Shown: positions 20,677-31,651, numbered from the stretch's first letter. The stretch is 64,000 nucleotides of DNA from an uncultured Trueperaceae bacterium (GCA_963727505.1 CAVSGP010000009.1:608001-672000); one strand, 5' to 3'. Numbers and translations: made by a program. Notes: generated from the letters alone by a model not told the origin.

Positions 20677-21555
20677 ATGCCCGAGAACCGCCGTCTCGGA
20701 ACCGTGACCTGGGTGGAGTGCCCGCGGGACGCCTGGCAGGGATTGGAGCGCCTCATCCCGCCCGAACGCAAGCGCGCGCACCTCGCTGCGCTCTTCCGGG
20801 CCGGCTTCCGACACCTCGACCTGGGATCGTTCGTGTCGCCGCGCGCAGTGCCCCAGCTCGCCGATACCGAAGCGGTGCTGGAGGAGCTCGATCGCCCCGC
20901 CGACGCCGACGTGCTGTGCATCATCGGCAACGAGCGCGGGCTCGATCGGGCCGCGGCCGCGCGTGGCGTGACCAGCGTGGGGTTCCCGCTCTCGGTCAAC
21001 GAGACCTTCCAGCAGCGCAACGTCGGGCGCTCTCTGGCGGCGTCGTGGGAGCTGGTCGAACGGCTGGCTCGGCGGAGCTCCGAGCGCGGCATGGACCTGG
21101 TCGTCTACCTCTCGATGGGCTTCGGGAATCCCTACGGCGAAGCGTGGCGACCCGCCGACACGGCCGATGCGGTCGCGCGCGTGCGCGACCTCGGCGTTCG
21201 CCGGATCGCGCTGGCCGACACCGTGGGACGCGCCGACGCGGCAGCCGTGAAGGCCGTGCTCGCCGGGTTGGAACGACCCGCCGAGGTCGGCCTCCACCTT
21301 CACGCGCGTCCCGACGCCTGGCAACCGTTGGTGGCGGAGGGCCTGGCCGCGGGCGTGCGCTGGTTCGAAGGTGCCCTGTCCGGGGTAGGCGGCTGCCCGT
21401 TCGCCGGCGACGCCCTGGTCGGCAACCTGCCGAGCGAGCGAGTGCTGCCCTGGCTGGCCGCCCGGGGCGGCGATGCCGGCGTGATGCTCGGTGCGCTACC
21501 GGAGCTGGCGGAGGACGCCGCCGCCATCGCTTCACGCCACGCGGCCTCCGGCTGA
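20677..21555 (+). CDS. hydroxymethylglutaryl-CoA lyase-like
   Basis: ECPRDAWQG, SFVSPRAVPQ, HLH, GGCPFA. Confidence 0.85.
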   Translation: MPENRRLGTVTWVECPRDAWQGLERLIPPERKRAHLAALFRAGFRHLDLGSFVSPRAVPQLADTEAVLEELDRPADADVLCIIGNERGLDRAAAARGVTSVGFPLSVNETFQQRNVGRSLAASWELVERLARRSSERGMDLVVYLSMGFGNPYGEAWRPADTADAVARVRDLGVRRIALADTVGRADAAAVKAVLAGLERPAEVGLHLHARPDAWQPLVAEGLAAGVRWFEGALSGVGGCPFAGDALVGNLPSERVLPWLAARGGDAGVMLGALPELAEDAAAIASRHAASG

Positions 21556-21627
21556 CGACGTACGGCACGCCGGGCCGTCGCCCTGGGGCGTCACGCCGGG
21601 GCGTCACGCCAGACCGTCGCGAAGCTG

Positions 21628-22653
21628 TCAGTTGTTCGCCGTGGCTCCCTGCCGTTCCAGCTCGTGGCGCGTGGCGATCTCGAGCTGCCGCAACGCCTCG
21701 TCCATGTCGCCCTTCACGGTCGCCCCCGCAGCGGCCACGTGCCCGCCCCCACCGAGCTCGCGACAGATGGCCTGTGCCGATATGCCGCCGCGGCTGCGAA
21801 CGCTGAGCTTGACCCCTTCGTCGCGCTCCTTGAGCAGCACTGCGACCAGCGCGCCTTCGGCGTAGCGGATCAGGCCCACGAAGTCATCGGAGTCGTCGTC
21901 GCTCTCGCCGATGCGTTCGCGCATCGCGCGCGTGAGACGGGCGGTGACCAGACGGCCGTCCAGGTGGAAATCGACGGTAGCCATCACCTCGCCCAGCATC
22001 TTGAAGTAGTCCGGGTGACGCCACTGCAGCCGGTCGGTCAACTCGGCGTAGGGGACCCCTGCGTCGATGAGGGCGCCGGCTGCCTCGAGCACCGAGCGGT
22101 CGGTATTGCCGTGCCGGAAGTTGCCCGTGTCGGTCAGGATGCCGGTCAGGCAGGGCGTGGCGACGTCGACCGTCAAGGCGAAGCCCATGACGTCGAGCAG
22201 GTCCTTCACCATCAACGCCGTCGCCGCCTTGTTCGGCGCCACCAGCGCGATGTCCCCGAATCGGTCGTTGGTGCCGTGGTGATCCATGTTGATCACACGG
22301 TCGGCGCCCGTGAACGGCGCCCCGATGGCACGGTCGCGGTCGGCGACGTCGAGCACCGCCAGCAGCGTGTCGTCGGGAAGCGCCTCGAGGGGCGGGCTGA
22401 GCTCCCCGTCGCGCGCCAGGAACGCCAGGAACCGCGGCGGCTCGAGGGGCAGCACGACACGCTTGCCGAGTTGCTCCAGCGCGCGCTTGAGCGCCAGGCT
22501 GCTGCCGAAGGCGTCGCCGTCGGGGTCGACGTGGCTGACGATGACGATGGGACCCTGCCAGGCGCGTAGCGCGCGCCCGATGTCGGCGAGGACGGCGTAG
22601 TAGTCGTGCTCGCCGGTCGGTTCGGCGGCGGCACGAAGGGGTGCGTGATCCAT
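21628..22653 (-). CDS. nrnA: DHH/DHHA1 phosphoesterase (nanoRNase/pAp phosphatase)
   Basis: HVDPDGDA, DHH, TDTGNF, GGGGHVAAAG. Confidence 0.88.
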   Translation of the reverse strand: MDHAPLRAAAEPTGEHDYYAVLADIGRALRAWQGPIVIVSHVDPDGDAFGSSLALKRALEQLGKRVVLPLEPPRFLAFLARDGELSPPLEALPDDTLLAVLDVADRDRAIGAPFTGADRVINMDHHGTNDRFGDIALVAPNKAATALMVKDLLDVMGFALTVDVATPCLTGILTDTGNFRHGNTDRSVLEAAGALIDAGVPYAELTDRLQWRHPDYFKMLGEVMATVDFHLDGRLVTARLTRAMRERIGESDDDSDDFVGLIRYAEGALVAVLLKERDEGVKLSVRSRGGISAQAICRELGGGGHVAAAGATVKGDMDEALRQLEIATRHELERQGATANN

Positions 22654-22785
22654 GCGGGTCATGATACCGCCGGCGCGCCGGCGGCCCGCCTCGCACCCGC
22701 CGGTCTTTCGCCCGCCTGACGGTCGCGGCCTGCTGCTGTTGCGCGTTCGGCGTCCGGTCGCGCGGCGTCTGCGCATAATGGCGTC

Positions 22786-23049
22786 ATGGACGAGGACGAG
22801 GTCGGCGGCGTCGGGGGAGGACCCCGCGACGCGTCCGCATCGGGCCCGGAATCGTCGGGCCCGGAAGGTTCGGGCGCGGAATCGTCGGGCCCAGAAGGGC
22901 CGGGCCCAGATGGGTCGGGCGCGGAAGGTTCGGGCGCGGAAGGTTCGGGCGCGACGCCGGCGAGGATCGGCGACGAGGGGCACGGCGAGGGGCACGGCGA
23001 GGGGCACGTCGCTGGGCCGCCGCCTCGCTCGCGGCGGCGCGGAGGATGA
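22786..23049 (+). CDS. acidic Gly/Ser low-complexity ORF; possibly the frameshifted N-terminus of the downstream protease
   Basis: CATAAT 6 nt before ATG; SGPEG-type repeats. Confidence 0.45.
   Translation: MDEDEVGGVGGGPRDASASGPESSGPEGSGAESSGPEGPGPDGSGAEGSGAEGSGATPARIGDEGHGEGHGEGHVAGPPPRSRRRGG
22840..23008 (+). repeat. 15-bp tandem repeat (about 8 copies, TCGGGCSCGGAAGGT-like) plus 12-bp GAGGGGCACGGC repeat (about 3 copies)
   Basis: Visible directly. Confidence 0.85.
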
Positions 23050-23083
23050 CGCCCTCGCGAGCGATCCGTACGATCTGAAGGCG

Positions 23084-24301
23084 ATGGACGCGTCCGGCGA
23101 ACCGCCTGCACGGGGCCCCACCGTGCGCATCCTCACCGTGCTGCTCGCGGCGGTGTTGGTGGTGGTCGCGGCCTTCGGTGGAACGCTGGGACGCCCTGCG
23201 CACGTCCGCAGGGTGGCGCAGACGCTGCCGCCGGTGGTGGAGCCCACCGGTCAGCTGGCGACGGCCTTCCGGAGTGCCCGCACGGCCAGCCTGCGGATCG
23301 AGGCGCGCTGCGGCCCCCGCTACGGCAACGAGCCCATCGGCATCGGCACCGGCTTCTTCATCCGCTCCGACGGTCTTGTCCTCACGGCCTACCACGTCGT
23401 CGACGCCACCGAACAGGGTGCGCCCTGCCCGGTGAGTTACGTCGCCGTCGACTCCGGACGTCTCGAGTATCCGCTGACGATGGTGGGCTTCGACGCCTAC
23501 CATGACCTCGCGGTGTTGCAGGCGACCGTGCGCCGAGCGGTCCCCACCGTGCCGCTGTCGGCCCAGCTTCCCCGGCCGGGAACCCGGGTTGTGGCGGTCG
23601 GGAACAGCCGTAACGAGTTCCTTCAGGCGCGCGCCGGCGAGGTCACACGGCTCGGTGTCCACGCGGGACGCCCCGACTTCGCGGACAACACCATCGAGCT
23701 GACGACCTCGCTGGCCCCGGGCGACTCGGGCGGGCCGGTCGTGGACGCTGCCGGCCGCGTCGTGGGGGTGGTGAGCTACATCAGCTTCGACCCCGGTGCC
23801 ATGACGTCGAGCCAGTACGTCCCGCCGTTCCTGCGCGGCGTGCAGCTTCCGCAGGGATACGCCTCCTACGCGGTCCCGGTAGGGGGCAGCGACCTGGTCG
23901 CGAAGCTCGAAGCGGGTGAGCGCCGGGACGTCCCGGTGGTCGGCTTCACCTGGCGACCGGGGTTCGACTACGATCCCCGGTCGAGCGATGCCTACCTGGG
24001 ACGGCGCGCGGGAGTCATCGTATGGCAGGTGCAGCCGGGCGGGCCGGCCGACGAGGCCGGCCTTCGGAGCTACACCGAGGAGCGGAGCGTGGCTCGCGAC
24101 GGGCGGGTGAGCTCCAGGCCGCGCGCCGACGTCATCACCGCACTGGACGGCGTGCCCACCCCGACCTTCTACGACCTGCTGGCGCTGGTCCGCCAGAAGA
24201 GCATCGGCCAGACGGTGACGCTCACGGTCGAGCGCGGCAACGCCACGTTGCGGATCCCCCTCCGACTGGGTGCGGAGCGCTCCGTGTTCAGCCAGCGGTA
24301 G
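23084..24301 (+). CDS. HtrA-like S1C serine protease with PDZ domain (start uncertain)
   Basis: TM segment, GTGFF, LTAYHVV, DLAVL, PGDSGGP, C-terminal PDZ-like region. Confidence 0.88.
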   Translation: MDASGEPPARGPTVRILTVLLAAVLVVVAAFGGTLGRPAHVRRVAQTLPPVVEPTGQLATAFRSARTASLRIEARCGPRYGNEPIGIGTGFFIRSDGLVLTAYHVVDATEQGAPCPVSYVAVDSGRLEYPLTMVGFDAYHDLAVLQATVRRAVPTVPLSAQLPRPGTRVVAVGNSRNEFLQARAGEVTRLGVHAGRPDFADNTIELTTSLAPGDSGGPVVDAAGRVVGVVSYISFDPGAMTSSQYVPPFLRGVQLPQGYASYAVPVGGSDLVAKLEAGERRDVPVVGFTWRPGFDYDPRSSDAYLGRRAGVIVWQVQPGGPADEAGLRSYTEERSVARDGRVSSRPRADVITALDGVPTPTFYDLLALVRQKSIGQTVTLTVERGNATLRIPLRLGAERSVFSQR

Positions 24302-24372
24302 TCAACGCAGGCCCGTACGTGAGGTGGCCGGGCGCTGCCCGCGGGCAGCGCCCGGCGGCCGACCCAACGAGT

Positions 24373-24398
24373 CAGGCGCACCCCAAGGAGTGCGCCTG
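24373..24398. terminator. hairpin between convergent protease gene and tRNA-Ile
   Basis: caggcgcac-cccaagga-gtgcgcctg inverted repeat. Confidence 0.55.
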
Positions 24399-24401
24399 TT
24401 C

Positions 24402-24478
24402 TGGTGGGCGATGGTGGACTCGAACCACCGACCTCGTCGTTATCAGCGACGCGCTCTAACCGACTGAGCTAATCGCCC
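24402..24478 (-). tRNA. tRNA-Ile (GAT)
   Basis: GGGCGAT acceptor stem, CGTCG-CTGATAA-CGACG anticodon arm, GGTTCGAG T-loop, encoded CCA. Confidence 0.97.
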
Positions 24479-24513
24479 GCAAGGACCCGGCCGCCGTTCG
24501 GCGAGCGAAGCCG

Positions 24514-24543
24514 ATGCTATCACGCCCCTCGACAGGGGGTCAA
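24514..24543 (-). promoter_or_regulatory. sigma70 promoter for tRNA-Ile
   Basis: TTGACC-18-TAGCAT with extended TG. Confidence 0.65.
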
Positions 24544-24636
24544 GCAGCACCTACAGGGCATTTCCGCCGTGGGAAACGGGACAATCGCGCCCGGCCTACG
24601 GTCGCGGCGCGGGGGGGCCGGTACAATTGCTGCGTC

Positions 24637-25644
24637 ATGGTCGAGACCCTCTACATCGCCAAACCACGCGGCTTCTGCGCCGGCGTCGTCATGGCCATCG
24701 AGGCCGTACGGAGCGCCGCCCGCGAGAACGCGGAGCGGGGCGAGCCTCCTGTGACCGTCTATCACTCCATCGTCCACAACCGGACGGTGGTCGAACGGTT
24801 GCAGCGCGAGGAGGGCGTGGGCTTCGTCGAGGACCTCGACGCCATGGCCGCTGGACGCAGCGCGGCGGCGAGCGACACCGTCATCTTCAGCGCTCACGGC
24901 GTGTCGCCGGAGGTGCGCCGCCAGGCGGCCGAGGCCGGTTTCACCACCATCGATGCCACCTGCCCGCTCGTGACCAAGGTGCACAGCGAAGCCAAGAAGT
25001 ACGCCCGGCGCGGCTACCACATCCTCTTGATCGGTGACTCCACGCAGCACCAGGAGGTCCTCGGGACGCGCGGCGAGGCGCCGGAGCAGACCACCGTGGT
25101 CGGCGTGATCGGCAACCGCAAACACGATCCGGCGCTCGTCGACGCCGACACGGTGGAGGTCCCCGACCCCGGCAAGGTGGTGGTCCTCACGCAGACGACC
25201 CTTTCGGTCGACGACACCCAGCGCACGATTCTGAGGCTCAAGCAGCGCTTCCCGGATCTCGTCGTGCCGCCGGCGGACGACCTGTGCTACGCCACCAAGA
25301 ACCGACAGGACGCGGTGCGCCGCATCGCGCAGGAAGTCGAGCTGTTCCTGGTGGTCAGCAGCGCGACCAGTTCCAACGGCATGCGTCTCTACGAGCTCGC
25401 GCAAGACCTGTGCGGCAATGCCCGGCGCATCGAGACGGCCGACGACATCGATCCCGCCTGGCTCGAGCGCGTGCGGCGGGTCGGAGTGACCTCGGCCGCG
25501 TCCACCCCCGAGGACCTGGTGCAGGCGATCGTCGAGCGTTTCCGTCGCGCCAACCCCGCTCTCGAGGTGGTGGAGGAAGGGGAGTGGGAGGAAGTGGCGT
25601 TCCGCGCTCCGAAGCGCAGTGTGCCGGGAGAGGGGCGGCGGTGA
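24637..25644 (+). CDS. ispH: 4-hydroxy-3-methylbut-2-enyl diphosphate reductase
   Basis: [27 protein letters not shown]. Confidence 0.96.
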   Translation: MVETLYIAKPRGFCAGVVMAIEAVRSAARENAERGEPPVTVYHSIVHNRTVVERLQREEGVGFVEDLDAMAAGRSAAASDTVIFSAHGVSPEVRRQAAEAGFTTIDATCPLVTKVHSEAKKYARRGYHILLIGDSTQHQEVLGTRGEAPEQTTVVGVIGNRKHDPALVDADTVEVPDPGKVVVLTQTTLSVDDTQRTILRLKQRFPDLVVPPADDLCYATKNRQDAVRRIAQEVELFLVVSSATSSNGMRLYELAQDLCGNARRIETADDIDPAWLERVRRVGVTSAASTPEDLVQAIVERFRRANPALEVVEEGEWEEVAFRAPKRSVPGEGRR

Positions 25645-26672
25645 GCCGCCGCGTCGTGTCCCACCCCCTGTCGGTCGCTCCCATGATGGATCGCACCGAT
25701 CGGCACTTCCGCTACCTGCTCCGCGGCATCTCCCGTCACACTTTGCTGTACAGCGAGATGCTGACGGCCAAGGCGGTGCTCCATGGCGACCGGGAGCGCC
25801 TCCTCGGCCACCACGTCGACGAGCGCCCGCTGGCGTTGCAGCTCGGCGGCGACGACAGCGCCGAGCTGGCGGAGGCTTCGCGGATCGCGCAGGCCTGGGG
25901 CTACGACGAGGTGAACCTCAATGTCGGTTGCCCCAGCCCACGCGTCGCGTCGGCGAACTTCGGCGCCTGCCTGATGGCGACGCCCGACGTGGTGGCGCGG
26001 GCGGTGACGGCGATGCGCTCGGCGACCGACCTGCCCGTCACCGTCAAGCACCGGATCGGCGTCGATGCTCGTGACCGCTACGAGGATCTGGAGGCGTTCG
26101 TGCGCATCGTCGGGCTCGCAGGGGCCGACGTCTTCACGGTGCACGCGCGCAAGGCCTGGCTGTCGGGCCTGAGCCCCAAGGAGAACCGCGAGGTCCCCCC
26201 ACTGCGCTACGAGGACGTCTATCGTCTCAAACGTGCCCTGCCACAGGCCATCGTCGAGCTCAACGGGGGGGTGCGCGACCTGGAAGCGGTCGCCTCACAC
26301 CTCCGGCACGTGGACGGGGTGATGCTGGGCCGGGCCGTGTACGACGACCCGTTCGTGCTTGCCGAGGCGGACAGGTCGTTCTATGCAGCGTTCCCGGACG
26401 CCGTCGACCGGTCTCCGACGCGGCGCCAGGTCGTGATGCGCATGCTGCCCTACGTCGAGGAGCGCCTGTCCGACGGTGCGCCGCTCCACGCGCTCACCCG
26501 TCACCTGCTGGCGCTGTTCCGAGGCTTGCCCGGGGGGCGCCGTTGGCGCCGTCACCTCACCGAGGGCGCGCACCGACCGGGCGCGGGGCCCGATCTCGTG
26601 CTGGAGGCGCTGGCGTGGCTACCGGACGAGGTGCTCGATGCAAGGCCGAGCGGACTCGGCGTAGCGGCCTGA
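25641..26672 (+). CDS. dusA: tRNA dihydrouridine synthase A
   Basis: [35 protein letters not shown]. Confidence 0.93.
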   Translation: MSRRVVSHPLSVAPMMDRTDRHFRYLLRGISRHTLLYSEMLTAKAVLHGDRERLLGHHVDERPLALQLGGDDSAELAEASRIAQAWGYDEVNLNVGCPSPRVASANFGACLMATPDVVARAVTAMRSATDLPVTVKHRIGVDARDRYEDLEAFVRIVGLAGADVFTVHARKAWLSGLSPKENREVPPLRYEDVYRLKRALPQAIVELNGGVRDLEAVASHLRHVDGVMLGRAVYDDPFVLAEADRSFYAAFPDAVDRSPTRRQVVMRMLPYVEERLSDGAPLHALTRHLLALFRGLPGGRRWRRHLTEGAHRPGAGPDLVLEALAWLPDEVLDARPSGLGVAA

Positions 26673-26687
26673 GGTCGCTCGGGCGTC

Positions 26688-27881
26688 TCAGCGCGCCAGA
26701 GACTGCAGGACGTGGCGCGCGATGACGAGGTGCTGCACCTCGTCCGTGCCCTCACCGATACGCGTGAGGCGGGCGTCTCGCCACAGGCGCTCCACTTCGT
26801 AGTCCCGCACGTAGCCGTAGCCGCCGAGGATCTGGATGGCCGCGTCGCAGGCGGCGACGCCCGCCACGCTGCCCTTGAGCTTGGCCATCGACGCGGCCAG
26901 GGTGTGATCGCGCCCGGCGTCGCGCAACGCGGCCGCCTTCATCACCAGCAGGCGGGCCGCCTCCAGCTCGGTCGCCATCTCCGCGAGCTTGAAGGCGATC
27001 GCCTGATGGCGTGCGATGGGGCGGCCGAACTGCTCGCGCTCCAGCGCGTAGCGGCCGGCGATCTCCAGGGCGGCGCGCCCGAGGCCGATCCCCATGGCAC
27101 CGATGCCGATCCGCCCGCCGTCGAGCACCACCTTGACGTCGTCGAAGCCCCGACCCCGCGTGCCGAGCAGGTTCTCAGCCGACACGCGCAAGCCCTCGAA
27201 CGTGAGGGGGGTGGTGTCGGAACTGTGCAGCCCCAGCTTCTCCTCCGGGATGCCGCGGACCAGGCCGGCGGCGTCCCCATCCACCACGAACGCGCTGATG
27301 CCGTCCGCCTTGGATTGCCCCTCGGCAGGGGGGTCGGTCCGGGCGATCACGACGTACGTGCCGGCCACGCTGCCCTGCGTGATGAACACCTTGGATCCGT
27401 CGATCACGAAAGCGTCCTCGTCCTGCACGGCGCGCGTACGCAGGGCAGCGGCGTCCGATCCGGAGCTCGGCTCGGTCAGGCACCACGCACCGAGGTTCTC
27501 GGCACGTGCCAGGGCCGGTAGGTAGCGCTCCTTCTGGGCGTCGTCGGCCGCCTGCAGGATGTGCCCGGTGCACAGCGAGTTGTGCGAGGCGACGGTCAGG
27601 CACAGCGAGCCGTCGACGGCGCCGATCTCCTCGATGATGAGCGCAGCGGTGGCGGTGTCGAGCCCCGCCCCCCCGAAGCGCTCGGGGACCTGGAGTCCGA
27701 ACACCCCCATGCCGCCCAGGGTCCGGACGACGTCGTGCGGGAAGATCCCGCTGCGGTCGCGCTCGATGGCTCCGGGCGCCACCTCGGAGCGGAGATAGTC
27801 GCGCAAGGGGCCCAACAGGGCGCGCTGGTCGGAGGTCAACTCGAACCACAGGGGTTCGGCGGGATGCCCGTGTGCGCTCAT
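26688..27881 (-). CDS. acyl-CoA dehydrogenase
   Basis: LTEPSSGSDA, GSKVFIT, QILGGYGY, IGEGTDE. Confidence 0.92.
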   Translation of the reverse strand: MSAHGHPAEPLWFELTSDQRALLGPLRDYLRSEVAPGAIERDRSGIFPHDVVRTLGGMGVFGLQVPERFGGAGLDTATAALIIEEIGAVDGSLCLTVASHNSLCTGHILQAADDAQKERYLPALARAENLGAWCLTEPSSGSDAAALRTRAVQDEDAFVIDGSKVFITQGSVAGTYVVIARTDPPAEGQSKADGISAFVVDGDAAGLVRGIPEEKLGLHSSDTTPLTFEGLRVSAENLLGTRGRGFDDVKVVLDGGRIGIGAMGIGLGRAALEIAGRYALEREQFGRPIARHQAIAFKLAEMATELEAARLLVMKAAALRDAGRDHTLAASMAKLKGSVAGVAACDAAIQILGGYGYVRDYEVERLWRDARLTRIGEGTDEVQHLVIARHVLQSLAR

Positions 27882-27965
27882 GGCGCCAAGGTAGCAGCCC
27901 CGTCGCCGCCTCCGCGCGTTGTACGGGCACGGGGCGCGCCGGGCCCGTCTGGTAGACTTCGCGCC

Positions 27966-28349
27966 ATGGAGCGACCGTACTGGGTGAGAGGGATCCGCGG
28001 CGCCTCGACCGTGACCGCCGACGATCCCGACCTCATCCTCGAGGCCACCCGCGAGCTCCTCCAGGTGATGCTGGAGGAGAACGACATCGAGGCATTCGAC
28101 GCCATCGCCGCGATCTTCTTCACGACGACGCCGGACCTGCGCTCGACCTTTCCTGCCGAGGCGGCACGCGAGCTGGGCATGACGATGGTGCCGCTGCTGT
28201 GCAATCAGGAGATCCCGGTGCCGAACCGGCTCCCTCGCTGCGTCCGTGTGATGCTGCAGCTCAACACGCGGAAGGCGCAGGACGAGATGAAGCACATCTA
28301 CCTGCGTGAGGCGCGGCGGTTGCGCCCGGACCTCCTCAGCGCCCAGTAG
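27966..28349 (+). CDS. aroH: chorismate mutase, AroH class
   Basis: VRGIRGA, FPAEAAR, LPRCVR, LRPDL. Confidence 0.93.
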   Translation: MERPYWVRGIRGASTVTADDPDLILEATRELLQVMLEENDIEAFDAIAAIFFTTTPDLRSTFPAEAARELGMTMVPLLCNQEIPVPNRLPRCVRVMLQLNTRKAQDEMKHIYLREARRLRPDLLSAQ

Positions 28350-28362
28350 GGTCGAGCGGGCC

Positions 28363-28647
28363 TCAGGCCTCCCACTGGCGGGCGGGCACCAGCTCGCCGC
28401 CGTCGACGACGGCCAGCGTCACCTTGTGCGCGCGATTGGTGGTGACCTCGAGCACCGCCTGGTCGAGCGACTCCGGGCCGACCAACACTTTGCGCACGAA
28501 GTAACTGCCACCTTGCGCGCTCATCTCGCTGGTCTTGGAGAGCCGCACATGGATGATCTCTCCATGTCTGGCGGTGCGCACCCGCGTGAGCAGGAAGTTG
28601 CCATCGTCCCGGAAGCGCGGATCCTGACGGCGGAACATTCCGAACAT
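28363..28647 (-). CDS. hypothetical protein
   Basis: TAGAAT 6 nt before ATG; plausible protein composition. Confidence 0.65.
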   Translation of the reverse strand: MFGMFRRQDPRFRDDGNFLLTRVRTARHGEIIHVRLSKTSEMSAQGGSYFVRKVLVGPESLDQAVLEVTTNRAHKVTLAVVDGGELVPARQWEA

Positions 28648-28765
28648 GCCTGTATTCTAGCCTCACCATGATCGCTCTCTGGCTCCACGGCAAGGGTTGC
28701 GAACGCCCCGCTCGGGTCCCGACCGCTTCGGCGCCGCGGGGTGGGGCGCCGTGGGGTGGGACCCT

Positions 28766-30031
28766 GTGAGCGTACCTAGCGATGACCTGAGGGTCGCTTT
28801 CGAGGCGGGCATCCGCGCCGCCGACCCCGAGGTCGGCGTGCGGGCGCACCTTCCCGACCCGCCGCGCGGACGGCTGCTGGTGGTCGGTGCGGGGAAGGCG
28901 GCGGCCGCGATGGCCCGCGCCGTCGAAGACCGCTACCCCGAGACCGTGGCCCTGGAAGGCCTCGTGATCACGCGTTACGGGCACGGTCTACCGACCCGCC
29001 GGATCGACGTGGTCGAGGCAGCGCATCCCGTGCCCGACGATGCCGGCGCGGCCGCGACCGAGCGTATCTTGCGGCTGCTCGCCGGCGCCGGGGAGGACGA
29101 TCTGGTGCTGTGCCTGATCTCGGGCGGCGGCTCGGCCCTGCTCACTGCGCCCGACGGGCTGGGATTGCCCGAGCTGGCGCAGTTGACCGAGGCGCTGCTG
29201 CGCTCGGGCGCCGACATCACCGAGATGAACGCCGTACGCAAACATCTGTCGCGTGTCAAGGGAGGCCGCCTGGCGCTGGCCGCGGCCCCTGCGCCGGTGC
29301 TGGCGCTGCTCGTTTCTGACGTGGTGGGCGACGACCCGTCGGTCATCGCCAGCGGGCCGACCGCGGCGGACGGCAGCCGCTACGCCGACGCGCTGGCGGT
29401 GCTCGAGCGCTACGGCATCGATCATGCCGCGGCCCGGGCCGTACTGGAGGCCGGGGTACGCGGCGAGCGCGAGGAGACTCCGAGCCCCGGCGACCCCCGG
29501 CTCGAGCACGTCGTCAACGTGGTGATCGCTTCCGCCCAGACCGCGCTCGAAGCGGCGGCGGACGCACTCGCAGGGCGCGGATGGAGTGCGCACGTGCTCT
29601 CCGGTTCGATGACGGGGGAGGCGCGCGCCGTCGCGGGCGTGCACGCCGCCCTGGTGCGCCAGGTCCTGGCTCACGGCCAGCCGTTCGAGCGCCCGTGTGC
29701 GCTGCTGTCGGGCGGAGAGACCACGGTGACGGTGGTGGGGCGCGGGCGAGGGGGGCGCAACGGCGAGTTCGCCCTGGCCCTGGCCCTCGAGCTGCCCGAC
29801 GGCGCTCCGGTGTGGTGGCTCGCCGCGGATACCGATGGCATCGACGGCAGCGAGGACAACGCCGGCGCCCTGCTGGGGCCCGAACAGCGTGCACGCATGA
29901 ATCGCCCGGCGGCGCGCGACGCGCTCCGCCGGAACGATAGCTACGGGGTGCTGCGCGAGCTCGGCGCGCTCTTCGTCACCGGTCCGACGCGCACCAACGT
30001 CAACGACCTGCGCGTGATCCTGATCGAGTGA
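28766..30031 (+). CDS. glycerate 2-kinase (MOFRL/TtuD family)
   Basis: GAGKAA, LISGGGSAL, SGGETTV, DTDGIDG, TNVNDL; start approximate. Confidence 0.9.
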   Translation: MSVPSDDLRVAFEAGIRAADPEVGVRAHLPDPPRGRLLVVGAGKAAAAMARAVEDRYPETVALEGLVITRYGHGLPTRRIDVVEAAHPVPDDAGAAATERILRLLAGAGEDDLVLCLISGGGSALLTAPDGLGLPELAQLTEALLRSGADITEMNAVRKHLSRVKGGRLALAAAPAPVLALLVSDVVGDDPSVIASGPTAADGSRYADALAVLERYGIDHAAARAVLEAGVRGEREETPSPGDPRLEHVVNVVIASAQTALEAAADALAGRGWSAHVLSGSMTGEARAVAGVHAALVRQVLAHGQPFERPCALLSGGETTVTVVGRGRGGRNGEFALALALELPDGAPVWWLAADTDGIDGSEDNAGALLGPEQRARMNRPAARDALRRNDSYGVLRELGALFVTGPTRTNVNDLRVILIE

Positions 30032-30062
30032 GCGGCGCACGCTCGGGTATGCTTTGGCCGGC

Positions 30063-31121
30063 ATGAGCCGCTTGCTCTCCAGCTCCGAACACGACGTCGC
30101 CCGGGCCGCGGAGGCACTCCGTCGCGGACAGCTGGTGGCGTTCCCCACCGAGACGGTCTACGGCCTGGGGGCGGCCGCCCGCGACCGCCGCGCGCTGGGC
30201 CGGCTCTACGCGGCCAAGGGCAGGCCGCTCGATCATCCGGTCATCGTCCACCTGCCGGCGGCGGACGCACTTGCGACCTGGGCGCGCGAGGTGCCGGACC
30301 AGGCGCTGCGCCTCGCCGCCGCGTTCTGGCCGGGACCGTTGACGCTGGTGTTGCCGAGGGCGGTCGGCGTGCCCGACGAGGTCACCGGCGGACAGGACAC
30401 GGTCGGGCTGCGGGTGCCCGACCACCCGCTCGCGCTCCGTCTGCTGCTGGCGTACGGCGATGGGGTCGCGGCGCCGTCGGCCAATCGCTTCGGCCGGATC
30501 AGTCCGACCACGGCACAGCACGTGGCCGAGGAGTTCGGCGAACTCGATGTGCTCGTGCTGGACGGGGGCTCCTGCCGCGTGGGTCTGGAGTCGACCATCG
30601 TGGACCTGAGTGGAGGCGTGGCCCGGCTGTTGCGGCCGGGCGGGGTGCACCGCCACGCGCTGGAAGAAGCGTTGGGCGAGCGGGTGGCGCTGGCGGACCA
30701 CCTGCTCGAGCGGGAGGCGCGACCGCCCCGGCGGGCGGTCGCGCCGGCGCCTGTCCCGGAACCGCGTGCGCCCGGCGGGCTGCCCCGGCACTACGCCCCC
30801 GCCACGCCGACCGAGCTGGTCGGAGCCGACGCTCTGGTGTCGCGCCGGGCGGAGCTCGGGTCGCGCGTCGCGGTGCTGGCCCGCCGGCCCCGGCCGAGCG
30901 GTCCGAGCGCGTGGTGGCTGGAGTTGCCGGCCGATCCGACGGGATACGCGCGCGGCCTGTACGCCGCGCTTCGGCAGCTCGATGCCAGCGGCTGCCGACG
31001 CATCCTCATCGAAGCCGTCCCCGAGGGGGACGACTGGCTCGCCGTGCGCGACCGCCTGCGGCGTGCCACGAGCACCGTCGACGCGCCCGGCAAGAGCCGG
31101 GAAGTGGAGGAGGGAGCATGA
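30063..31121 (+). CDS. tsaC: L-threonylcarbamoyladenylate synthase (Sua5 type)
   Basis: [26 protein letters not shown]-terminal SUA5 domain. Confidence 0.92.
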   Translation: MSRLLSSSEHDVARAAEALRRGQLVAFPTETVYGLGAAARDRRALGRLYAAKGRPLDHPVIVHLPAADALATWAREVPDQALRLAAAFWPGPLTLVLPRAVGVPDEVTGGQDTVGLRVPDHPLALRLLLAYGDGVAAPSANRFGRISPTTAQHVAEEFGELDVLVLDGGSCRVGLESTIVDLSGGVARLLRPGGVHRHALEEALGERVALADHLLEREARPPRRAVAPAPVPEPRAPGGLPRHYAPATPTELVGADALVSRRAELGSRVAVLARRPRPSGPSAWWLELPADPTGYARGLYAALRQLDASGCRRILIEAVPEGDDWLAVRDRLRRATSTVDAPGKSREVEEGA

Positions 31122-31651
31122 GCGATTCCTACCAGGCCCCGGGGGCGCTGCAGCCGCTGGTCGCCGTCGTCATGGGGAGCGCTAGCGATTGGGACACGAT
31201 GCGGCACGCCGACGCGGTGCTGACCGAGCTGGAGGTGCCGCACGCCTGCCTCGTGGTGTCGGCGCATCGCACGCCGGAACGCATGCGCACCTTCGCGCAC
31301 GGCGCGGCAGAGCGTGGCTTCGAGGTGATCATCGCGGGCGCCGGAGGTGCCGCCCACCTGCCCGGCATGGTGGCTGCGCAGACCCGGCTGCCGGTGCTGG
31401 GCGTGCCGGTGGAGAGCCGGGCGCTTCACGGGCTCGATTCGCTGCTGTCCATCGTGCAGATGCCGCGCGGAGTGCCGGTCGGCACCCTGGCGATCGGCGC
31501 CTCGGGCGCGGTCAACGCCGCGCTCATGGCGGTGTCGATTCTCGCGCTCACCCGACCGGAGCTGGCCCACCGCCTCGAGGCCTACCGGGACGCGCAAGCG
31601 GCCGGGGCCGAGGCGAGCCGCCTCCCGACCGACCACTACCTCCCCGAGTGA
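31118..31651 (+). CDS. purE: N5-CAIR mutase
   Basis: MGSASD, SAHRTP, AHLPGM, SIVQMP. Confidence 0.97.
   Translation: MSDSYQAPGALQPLVAVVMGSASDWDTMRHADAVLTELEVPHACLVVSAHRTPERMRTFAHGAAERGFEVIIAGAGGAAHLPGMVAAQTRLPVLGVPVESRALHGLDSLLSIVQMPRGVPVGTLAIGASGAVNAALMAVSILALTRPELAHRLEAYRDAQAAGAEASRLPTDHYLPE

Noticed and set aside
21560..21620. Short 13-bp repeats (cacgccggggcgt) and similar 12-bp repeats near 59000-59040
   Set aside because: Few degenerate copies in GC-rich spacers; likely slippage with no evidence of function.
22652..23083. Arg-rich protamine-like extension of the protease ORF
   Set aside because: Its ATGs overlap the nrnA start or the CATAAT box; the acidic frame has the better-placed start.
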